A stretch of DNA of 64,000 nucleotides from Eledone cirrhosa (taxonomy: Eukaryota): the NCBI GenBank assembly GCA_964016885.1, contig OZ024741.1, positions 92,938,001 through 93,002,000 on the forward strand, in the 5' to 3' direction. Below the pieces are notes generated by a model. It made no database searches and had not been told where the DNA came from. It worked only from the letters and a program-made list of their open reading frames with translations. The position numbers and the translations under genes are program-made. This document shows positions 1 through 10,485 of this stretch, piece after piece. Every line of letters starts with the position of its first letter. Positions within the stretch are counted from its first letter, which is position 1.

Positions 1-86
1 ATATACACATGCACACACATATACATACACACACACATATATACACACACATACACACACACATACACACACATATATACACATAC

Positions 87-117
<31 letters not shown>

Positions 118-2579
118 TACATACATACATAATTGTGATAAGAATTAAGCTAACAAATTTGGGGAATTTGGCTGGTATTTCTAGCATGTCGAACGACCAA
201 GAGAGAGTGGGTGCCTCTTAGCAAGACCAGATATAAATAGCTGTCAAATCTTCCAATCAAAATTTGTATTTTTTTTTAAATGGACACATTAAGTCTTTGG
301 CTTGAAGTTTTAGATCAGTATTTTCAAAATGATTTAATTCTTTTGGTATCAAACCACAAAGCTATTTATTCAAAAAAAACCTTCCATCGTGATTTTATGC
401 AAGATTATTTATGTTGTTACAAACATCAGAGTAATAATAAGAAATAAATAAGTTATATTACTAAATCCTTCCAAATTCTAAATTATTTCCCAAATCATAA
501 GAAACATGTTAATGAAAGCTTTTTAATATAGTCGACCACTATCGAGTTTGACTATCTTTCTAGCAGTGGCAAATAAAATGTAATAAAAATAAAGTATTCT
601 GTTGTTTTTTATATGAATAAATAATTCTCTCTAAAACAATATCTGATTCATGAAATATGTGGAGGGGAGTATCAGTAAAAACATTGGGAGGAGGTTGTTT
701 TTTTTTTTATCGTAAATTTAGAACTAGCATAAGGGTTGGCGACAAAATAAGTTTGGGAACTACTTTTCTAGATATATAAGACAGAAGGGTCTCCATTCAC
801 GTAAAGGGCCGGCCGACTCGGGGCTAAACAAGAACGAAATGGTTGGTTGAAATTAACAAGCGTTATTGTAAATAATCTGACAGTTGAATAAATAGTGCAA
901 GCAATTAATCAGAATTAATGGGAGAGATGTAGATAATGTGTGTGTGTGAGAGAGAGAGAGAGAGACTAACCAATTAAGATCTTATTACCCACTTAATGTG
1001 ACATTACTGTTGCGAACCAACGATAGAGCCTCTATGTGATCGCATGATTTGCTTGAAATAGAAGTCAAATATCTCTCCAATCACATCCGATCGCCTTTTA
1101 AAAACAAATATGAGCTGATCACGGCCTTTGATCATAAGGTCTGTCTGCTAACTCGGGATAAATATGTAGCTAAACAACTACTATTACAGACAGTTGGCAT
1201 TCCTTCCAAGTTAAATATATTTTATAATACGGTGGTAGAGATAGAATAAAATAAAACACAGTAAACCATTATAATAATTGTTTCAGTTGTGTTAACACCG
1301 AAACTAATCGAGTTGACTTGTATTATCACGGACACTCAAACTGTAACCACCCCTTCTAGGACAATGTTATCTAATGTTATCTAATATGTATTCTCTTTTT
1401 TTTTTTAAGACGATAGTATGTAATGGGAAAGAAATGTGGCTGTCATTTCTGGCAGCTTGAACAACCACATAGATACTCTCTTAGTGGCTAGTTTTCAATT
1501 GTGTGAAAAAGTGTAAATGAATTTGTTTTCTTTCCAGCACGTACATTCATATTCTAAAGCAACTGAGTCTAAATATATAGTTCGTTTGACATTATCGATC
1601 CGTTGATTAGTTTAGCCTAATTAATTGTTTAGTCTAGACAGATAGATTGGTAAGATGTGGCCATTAAGAGGATGGCTAGATAGTTGGCATTCAAACTCAC
1701 TAGCTGGGAAAGTTGGTAAACAATATTGATTAAGTACGAGTAAACACCATGACAATGTATATCCCTTTTTTGTGTTTTATTGTGATTAAATATAATGACG
1801 TATTCCAGAATAATAGCAGAGGAAGATCAAAAAGCAGAGTCAATCTGTACCACATTTTAATAGTTCCTGCAAAGCTAAGAATGAAACGACTTTTGTGGAG
1901 TGACTGTTGATAATATTTTAAGGTGTGGTCATTGTAATGGCAGAGGAAGTAAAGACACGTTATGTAGAGATCAACTGCTATTTAAAATATTTAGAAAGTA
2001 AAGTGAAAAAAAACTTTTGTTAGACCTTAACAAACATGAGATTTAGATAATGGTTTCTTTATAGAAAAAAAAAACTAAGCGGTTTTAGATACAGCGTAAA
2101 TTTTACGATGGCAATCAATACAGGGGGAAAATACAAAGGTATTTAAATTGTCAAATATTTTGGGAGTGGAGGGAAAAGAAAAGAGTAATTTAAAAAAAAT
2201 CTCACCTCCAATACGATCTTCTGTTAACTGCGACTGAAAACAAATTAAAATTTGAAAGATATATATATAGATGTATACAAGAATCATTTAAAATTTATAA
2301 ATTTGATGCAAAAGCAACAAAAAAATGATGAAATTAGTTACTTAAATGCTAAAATAATATTAAATATACGAGAGAAGAGAGAAAATGATTGTTACCATTT
2401 TATCAAGAGGAAGAAGTGAAATAAATGAGACTTCCGTTAGCAGTGACTTATGGGACCAAACAAACAACAACTTGTCACAACTTAACTACTGATGAATTTA
2501 TGACTAACAATGACTGTTCATAGGTTACTTCCTCATACTGCTTTCTTTGGACGATGAAACTCATTGCTCAGCTCTGACC

Positions 2580-3140
2580 TAGTAGATCTACTGTTAAAGA
2601 CGTTCCAGTCGTAACCATCCCATCTTTCATCCATACAATGTCTCTATGACTACGTTATCTAATATATAGAGTAGTTGAGTCGTAACCACCCTCATATTGT
2701 ATTCAAACTTTGTGATCTAGGACCGACTACATTATCTAATACATAGTATACTTGTTTGATTTCCTCCCCCAGTCAACGCTCCAGTCGTGGCCATTCCATC
2801 TTTATTCAGACATGATATATCTAGGACTACATTATCTAATGTATTGTATTTTTTTTTTTTAGAATCCATCACATGTCAATTCTGACCCGGCATATCATTT
2901 ATCAAAGGCATTCCAGTCATGACCATCCCATATTTTATTTAGAAATTGATTATCTAGGACTACATCATCTAATGTATAGTATAATCATTGTTGTTTCGCC
3001 CCTGTCCAGGTCAGTTCCGGTGATTCTTGCATAAAAAAACTTTAAATCGTAGCCATCCCATGTGTAGTATAGTTGTTTAGCCCGAAATTATCGTTGTTGT
3101 TTAACTCCAAATCGGTTCCGATCGAGCAGCTCTTTAATCA
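2580..3140. repeat. Degenerate tandem repeat, about 5-6 units of ~75-130 bp
   Basis: Recurring ccagtcgtaaccatcccat...tctaggactacattatctaat. Confidence 0.7.
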
Positions 3141-3249
3141 AAACTAAAATATTATTTGATTTATTATAAAACATTTCAAGTGTCTTTTGTGATTATGAAA
3201 ACGGGAAAGGCAAGGGCTCTAGGGTCACAAGAATGGGAAGCGGAGGGTG

Positions 3250-3570
3250 ATGGGCTCTAGGGCGTGGCAGTATTGGGGCTGCAGAAGCATTCCCACGGAC
3301 AATGGACAGCGACACCCGCTGCAACAGGCACTCCACCTCACGAGGCTCTTTAATTAGACGGCTGCTGACGTTCCGAACTTGCGGAGGAGCTCGGCAGTAC
3401 GGGGTACAAGTACGTCTGAGATTTCGACGGCAACCGGTGCGAAGCACAAGCGGCCTTACAATCCCCGTTATTTGTTTATCTCCCTTTTGCTCTGCATTGC
3501 GGGCCGCAGTACTGGGGTTTGTGACCGAAGCGACTAAGTTGGATGCGGAGAACGTGTCACAACATGGTAC
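3250..3570 (-). mobile_element. CRE-like RLE endonuclease C-terminal fragment
   Basis: CCDTFSASNL..AARNAEQK; EPREVECLLQRVSLSIVRGNA. Confidence 0.7.
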
Positions 3571-3839
3571 TAAGAAATTATCACAAACTTTAGTCATTTT
3601 ATTTAATAAAATCTCTAATATGCAACATTTTTGCTAATATTCATCCTATACGAACAAATAGTCCCGTTGATGAGGGGTGGGGGATTTGATTAAACCAACA
3701 CTATCGTCACAATTTCAAGACTTAGACATGACATCCTTTAAGAGTATTTAGATAAAGAAAAGCAAGTAATGGAAAGCTCTCATATAACCTTTAAAATTTA
3801 AGACAATGCAGTGGGATCAGACTTCGACTATAAGCCAAC

Positions 3840-4080
3840 ATCATCATCGTCGATTAACGTCTATCTTCCACGCTAGCATGGGTTAGACGGGTTTGTCTCA
3901 TTTAGAGGCAAGTTAAGTCGGGTGACCATGTCTTGCTCATATAGGAGAGTTTCTGGCTGGTTTTCTACCAGGGCTGGATGCCCTTCCTAACGCCAACCAC
4001 ATTTACAGTGTGTGCTGGGTGCTTTTTGTCGTGACACCTACACAATCACTTTACAGTGTGGGCTGCATGTTTTGTGGTAC
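3840..4080 (-). mobile_element. RTE 3'UTR fragment
   Basis: catcatc tail, gctagcatgggttagacggg and ctggatgcccttcctaacgccaacc motifs. Confidence 0.8.
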
Positions 4081-4261
4081 CAGTATAATATACATATATA
4101 TATATATATACATGCACATATGATAATGATATACACATATATATATATATCTGCATGCATATACAGATACCATATATGTAATGTACATACACATATACAT
4201 ATACATACACACTTCATACATATACACACACACTTCATACATATACACACATAAATATATC

Positions 4262-5310
4262 ATCAACCTCATTGATTAGCGTCCATCATTCATGGGTAGG
4301 ACGGATTGACCCTTGTTTAGCTCACCCAGGGCAGATTTTGGTTTGGTTTCTACAGCTGGGTGCCCTTCCTGTCGCCAACCACATTTGCAGTGTGGACTGG
4401 GCACTTTTTGTTGTGACACCTACACGACCACTGTAGAGTGTAGACTGGGCACGTTTGTAATGTCACCGATGCAACCATTTTACAGTGGGCCTGGGCACTT
4501 TTGTCTTGGGACTAGGAAGGGGGAGGAAGCTTGGGGAAAATGTGGACAGGGTAGTAGACAATGTAAAGTTACCGCTAAGGGAGGGGATAGAAGGTTGAGA
4601 AAGGTGTTGCCTACTAGGTATAAGCCTCGGCCAGAGAATAATAGAGGGCAGATCTTCTGTGAAAGTGCATAGCGCCAGAGGTCACAGTCCTCTGTCATTG
4701 CCTTTAAGAGGTGTAATTGTGCAGGGTTAGCTTTTATTACCTCATCCCAAGTCTTCCTAGGCATGCACACACCATGGCTACCATCGACTTTGAGCACTCT
4801 GCACCTTATTATACAGCTGTCATCCTTCATACACATCACATGTCCATACCAATGCAATCTCCTTTCCTGCATGCAACAACTGATCCCTCTTAAGCCTAAT
4901 TTCTCACGAGTGTATTTATACTTTGCCGTTCACGTATATTGTTATTGCACATCCAGTGAAGCATGGAGGCTTCATTTCTTTCCAATCTGCACAGGTCCTC
5001 AGCACACAGTGCCCAGGTCTCGCTGCTGTGCAACAGTGTTGTTTGTATACATGCATCATACAGTCTGCTTTTCATTTTGAGAGAAAAACCTTTTGTAGTT
5101 AATAATGGTAGTAGCTCCCTGAATTTTCTCCAACCCGATGTCACTCTGGTTACTGTTCTTTTGGAACACCCTCCTCCACTACTGATTTATCCAGGTAATG
5201 GAACTATCTACCACTTCAACCGAGCTCTCTGAGTATTTGAAGGTGGTTGTACCTTAAGGGTTCTTGCTACTTACTGCCCCTGTGCACCTGCCACAAGTAA
5301 AACCTACAGA
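4262..5310 (-). mobile_element. RTE LINE 3' fragment
   Basis: ORFs 4480-4872 and 4896-5144 encode the RTE C-terminus; 3'UTR repeats. Confidence 0.88.
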
Positions 5311-5938
5311 GCTAAATAAACCTTAACATATGGTAATACTCGAATACCTTAACACACACACGCATAACTCCCTCCCCCATTTCTACTAATGGAATCATTT
5401 TCCTACACACACACACACACAAATATATATTCTCTTCATCTTAACATGCTAACCATACTCCCACACACACATATAACACCCATCCACACACACACATAAC
5501 TCCCTCCCCCATTTCTACTAATAGAATCATCTTCCTACACACACACACCAGCACATAAATAAAAATACATATCTCTACTTTCTTTATTTCAATAGAAAGT
5601 CTGAATTTTGACACCCCAGCACATCAGCCATACTCACTGAACCAGAACAATTCTCCCCATCCCTTTTTTCTTGACCATTATCTTTTGTTTGGCACAAAAT
5701 TCTCTAAATGGCTACAAAAAAATTCCAAAATACATGTACTTGTTCAAGTGACAGTCATAATTTCATTTATAACCAATCAAATTACATTTATAAAAAAAAA
5801 ATTTTTAAAACCCTTCTTGAGCCACTTTTTTTAAGTAAAAAGAAATTCAAACACAAACTGGCGCGAAAGTTGATGTGCTTATTCATGTGACTGCATCAAC
5901 CTACCAAATTTCACTCATATATGAAAAAACAATCTGAG

Positions 5939-5969
<31 letters not shown>

Positions 5970-6262
5970 TAAAGGCAAATATGATAAGAACTTTGTAATG
6001 CGAACTGTCATGAAATGTATTATACTTATTCACATGACAGTCATCAACCAACCAAATTACTTCTCTAAAAACCTAGCATTTTGAGCCACTTTTTTCTGTA
6101 TAAAACAGAAGTAACATTCGAACAACAACCAGATGCGAGAAAAACCACAAACCTTCCATCTCAACTCTACTTTTGAAAAGCACAAGAACTGCGAAACGGG
6201 TAAAGGAACCAAATAAATATTTTAAAAAAGACTCCAGTTGCATTTTAGATTTCATCTTCTTT

Positions 6263-6296
<34 letters not shown>

Positions 6297-6299
<3 letters not shown>

Positions 6300-7800
6300 T
6301 TAAAGTCTGTGACCTCCTCAGTGACTGATTTATTATTTTGTGTCTCTCTTTTGTTCTGTCCTACACCAAGATGTGAAAACCAACAGGTGCATGTGTTTTT
6401 ATAGGCAGCATGACCCTCCCAAAATATAACAATATCTGTTTCAACACATGTTTTCAGATAAGAAATCTTGCAAAACAAATATATATATATATATATAATT
6501 TTTTTTTAACTTCATCTCCATTCTCTCGATTACTTGCTTACATGTACTATTGTCCCGTGTTCCCCCCTTCTATCGGTAGGTTTTTTTTCTCTCTTTCTTC
6601 TTTTCTTTCTCTCCCTCATGGCCTTTTGATAGATAAAAGGATAGATGTATAGTTAATAATGCACCGAAACATCCATGACCCATAGTTAACTACTGACGAA
6701 GGGAGACTGTCCACCTCTTGTCTGTGTCTCCTTACCTTCCAACACCCATTATCAGTAACCACACAGCCCCTCCTCTCATCCATATTTTTGATATATATAA
6801 TAAGAAATGTAAATCTGAGTTTTTTGAATATTAGTAATAATATTCAATTCGTTTGCAATTATGCAAACAGCCTCTTAAGCCATGTCAGTAGAATGACTCA
6901 GTCATTCTTGCTCTTGTGTTGGCATGTAAACAGAACTGCAAACACTAATATTTCTGGGTTATTACCCTTCATCAATACCATATATTGTTTACCTGCCAAC
7001 TGTCGGAGCTTATGGAATTATACAGTGACTGATCGGCCTGATTTGCATATTAGCCAACATAAGAGCAAGAATGACGGGGTCATTCTACTGACATAGCTTA
7101 AGAGGCTGTTTGCATGATTGCATACGGATTGAATATTATTATTAATATTCGAAAAATTCAGATCAGATTACATTTATTGTATTCAGCCATGTAGGGCAAT
7201 AAATCAATTTGTTATATATATATATATTATTGAATATTTATCGTGGCAAACAACAAGTCTATAATATTCACACTTTTACTAACGGCCTGTTTATGTGTGT
7301 GTCACTTTAACGGCCTGACCTCATACTTCAGGCAGTAAGCGATATATTTACAAACTGTGAGACGTTACGTCCTATAGAATGGAAATAGCTATCTGAAGAG
7401 CTGATCTTTCCGTTGGAAATTCTCTAAATTTCCAATCTTTTGTGAAGCGAAACCGTCGGTAATAGCATTTTGGACAGGTGAATATTTAAATCGTATTTTA
7501 ATTTATTTAAAAGATTGTTTAATGTTTGCTTGTTCCGCTCATCTCAATTATATATATATATATATATATTATTTACATAATAAATAACACAATATAATTA
7601 TTTCATAACCGAAGGTTTCAAGAAATTATTTCCAAAACATATTTGTTTTGTCTGACGAATGAGCTAGATGTTTCTGTAAGCATCATCTAGTTTCTCGAAA
7701 CCTTCGGTAATGGAATAATTATATTGTGTTGTTTATTATGTAATTAAATAGTTCTGTACATTACATAGAGCACTCTTCTTTCTTTTACCATTTCTACGGA
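6297..7800. mobile_element. Stack of about five short Penelope-like pLTR/fold-back remnants separated by (TA)n
   Basis: 6297-6480 matches 19325-19617 (partly inverted); inverted repeat 6805-6897/7079-7175; inverted repeat 7570-7625/7690-7745; CTGANGA/GAAAC motifs. Confidence 0.7.
7388..7466 (+). ncRNA. Type I hammerhead ribozyme motif
   Basis: Stem I GCTAT/ATAGC; core CTGAAGA; stem II GCT..AGC with internal hairpin TTGGAAATT/AATTTCCAA; GAAA; stem III ACCG-T-CGGT; GUA cleavage triplet. Confidence 0.75.
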
Positions 7801-7844
7801 AATACTTAACACACACACATACACACATATATATATATATATAT

Positions 7845-8187
7845 GGAGGCACATGGCTTAGTGGTTAGAGCATTGGCCTTGCAATCGAAAGGTTGTGAGT
7901 TCAATTCTCAGACCGGGTGGTGTGTTGTTTCCTTGAGCAAGACACTTTATTTCAAATTGCTCCAGTTTACTCAGCTGTAGAAATGAGATGATAGGGACTG
8001 AGGTCCTTATCATTCCACTGCAAAGTGGTCGTGTAGGTGCCACGGCAAAAAAGCACCCAGCACTCACTGTAAATGAGGTTGGTGTTAGGAAGGGCATCCA
8101 GCTGTAGAAATCAAGCCAGAATCAGTTCCCGTCCCACCCTTGCAAGCAGGGAAAAGCGGACGTAAAATGAAATGATGAAAATGATGA
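7845..8187 (+). mobile_element. tRNA-head SINE with RTE-derived 3' tail
   Basis: A box TGGCTTAGTGG; B box GAGTTCAATTC; central ccttgagcaagacact domain; tail matching the RTE 3'UTR at 38195-38350. Confidence 0.85.
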
Positions 8188-8189
8188 TA

Positions 8190-8288
8190 TGACTTCTACA
8201 GGACTAGAACTATTTCATTCGTATGAAATCATCAGGTATATCCTGATGATTTCATACAAATGAAACAGTGCTAGTTCTGTAGAAGTCA
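8190..8288. repeat. ~46-bp-arm palindrome with CTGATGA..GAAA on both strands
   Basis: gacttctacagg...catcagg-tatat-cctgatg...ctgtagaagtc. Confidence 0.8.
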
Positions 8289-8329
8289 TTTCTATATATA
8301 ATTAAGATGCCCATACAGGACACCACCTA

Positions 8330-9830
8330 TATATTATATCTTCTTCTTCTATGTTAGTTGTTATATATCGAAGATTATGTGCACATCCACGCATAGACAT
8401 GCCCCCTCCCACCAATTGTGGTGGGGAAGAGTCCTTAAACACTCCTTCCAGTGGATCCTGCCATTTCCAACTGATCTGACTGGATCCCCAAGTGAGAACA
8501 ACCGAGCTCATGGATGTCATCCAACCATCGTGCTGGGGGTCTGAGACATTCTAACCATATGCCCATAGTACGGGAGCTGTGATCTCACAATTCAGAGAAG
8601 TAGCAGCTCTACCTGGAGCGACTCTTTGATTTCCGAGCTACGCACTCTGTTGAGTAACGCTATTCCAAAGACCCTTAGAAGGAACCCCATTTCGACCGCT
8701 TGTATTCGTGATCTTATTCTTCCGGACATTACTCAGGATTCGTGACCATAAGTAAGGGTTGGCAGGAATACCAAATTGAAGACAGCGAGTTTGGCTTTTA
8801 CACCTATCCCCTTCTTCTGATTACCGAATGCTGAAGCTGGTGCATTATTGCACCAGCTCTAGCAATTCTTGCACTTAATTCAGCCTCCTGCCTTCCATCA
8901 CTCATGAACACGGCCCTGAGATGCTTGAACTTCTCCACCTGCTTCCATTCACATGTAGAGTGCACTGCGCAGGCTTCATTGAGAGGACAAGTGCTTCAGT
9001 TTTCGCAACACTGGGCATCAAATCTATCAAGTGCAAGTCAGAGATTACCTTCTGTCAAGTTAAGTAATACTATGTCGCCTGCATATTCCAGCCAATTGAT
9101 TCTATGCTTGCCAGTCGTGATACCATTTACAAACCGACTGCGCATCATGAAAGTGATGAACAGTGACAGCACACATCCTTAGCAGAGTCCAACTCCCACA
9201 TTGAATGGTTTCGATTTAGCACCATTTATCCAAACACAGATACTCAGGCATTCGTATAGAGACATCAGGACAACAAGAAGCTGACCATCAATCCTATACT
9301 CCTACAGAACCTTCCACAGCAGGTCCCATGGAATGCGGTCTTATGCCTTTTCGATGTCTACAAAGCAGGACTACACCTCTTGGCAGTACTCCCACAATTT
9401 CGCAAATACCTGCTACAGTGTGAATATTTGGTCGGCTGTACTGCGTCTGGGGCGAAAACTACATTGTTCATCAGCTAGCTTCGACTCGACAATCTCCCTG
9501 CATCTATTTGCCAGACACTTAGCATAGACTTTACCAGAGAGGGTTAACAAGGAGATCTCTCTTGTCTCCCTTTTTGAAAATTGGGAATATCACTCCTGAC
9601 TGCCATTGCTTAGGTACCTTTCCAGAGATCCAGGCACACACGAGCCAGCCAGAGAATACCTTCTCTATTTAAGACTTTTAACATCTTGGGCCAAATTTCA
9701 TCCTCCCCAGCGGCCTTGTCACATTTGAGCTCAATTGCTCTTATGGCCTCAGCCTCTGAGAGATTAGTCATCACTCCCAGATGCAACATCAGAAGATGCT
9801 GTTTTGATTGGGTTTATCTCCTAAACCCGA
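8330..9830 (-). mobile_element. Degenerate RTE-type LINE of a different, older family (RT region)
   Basis: Minus strand gives FVDIEKA*DRIP, GVGLC*GCVLS and LEYAGDIVLL (degenerate YADD region). Confidence 0.7.
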
Positions 9831-9890
9831 TCATATATATATCATCATCATCATCGTCATCTTCGTTTAACGTCCATTTTCCATGCTAGC

Positions 9891-10422
9891 ATGGATTATA
9901 TATATATAGTTAGAGAAGCAAAAAATTGCTTATTGTGATCCAGTTTTTGGTTAAGAAAGCCAGTTTCATGGATGGTTTCAATGTACGGTTAGGAGTAACT
10001 CCACAAGTTTGTAAGAATTCCGTTCAATCTTGGAGTATAAAGTATAAAAGAGAAAACACAGGTAAGCATTAAGAGAAGGATTTCATCCAGGTATTTACGA
10101 CCATTTCATTGGTAAGTGCAACCTTATATTGCTATACTGCAAATAGCAGCCACTCAATTATAATTGTTGTTCACAGTCCAAATTTTTCAATTTTTGCAGT
10201 ATAGCAACATAAGGTTGCACTTACCAATGAAACGGTCGTAAATACCTGGATAAAATCCTTCTTTTAATGCTTACCTGTGTTTCCTCTTTTATACTTTATA
10301 CTCCAAGATTGAACGGAATTCTTACAAACTTGTGGAGTTACTCCTAACCGTACATTGAAACCATCCATGAAACTGGCTTTCTTAACCAAAAACTGGATCA
10401 CAATAAGCAATTTTTTGCTTCT

Positions 10423-10469
<47 letters not shown>

Positions 10470-10474
10470 CCATG
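9891..10474. repeat. ~250-bp inverted repeat (fold-back element) with (TA)n near both ends
   Basis: 9891-10143 is the reverse complement of 10192-10474; arms carry GAAACGGTCGTA (hammerhead 3' half). Confidence 0.92.
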
Positions 10475-10485
10475 TTAATGCTTAC

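Noticed and set aside
2580-3140. CRISPR-like repeat/spacer appearance
   Set aside because: Eukaryotic context, degenerate unequal repeats and no cas genes
6660-6740. CTGACGAAGGGAGAC...GTCTCCTT hammerhead-like piece
   Set aside because: No GAAA follows the stem; only a rearranged remnant
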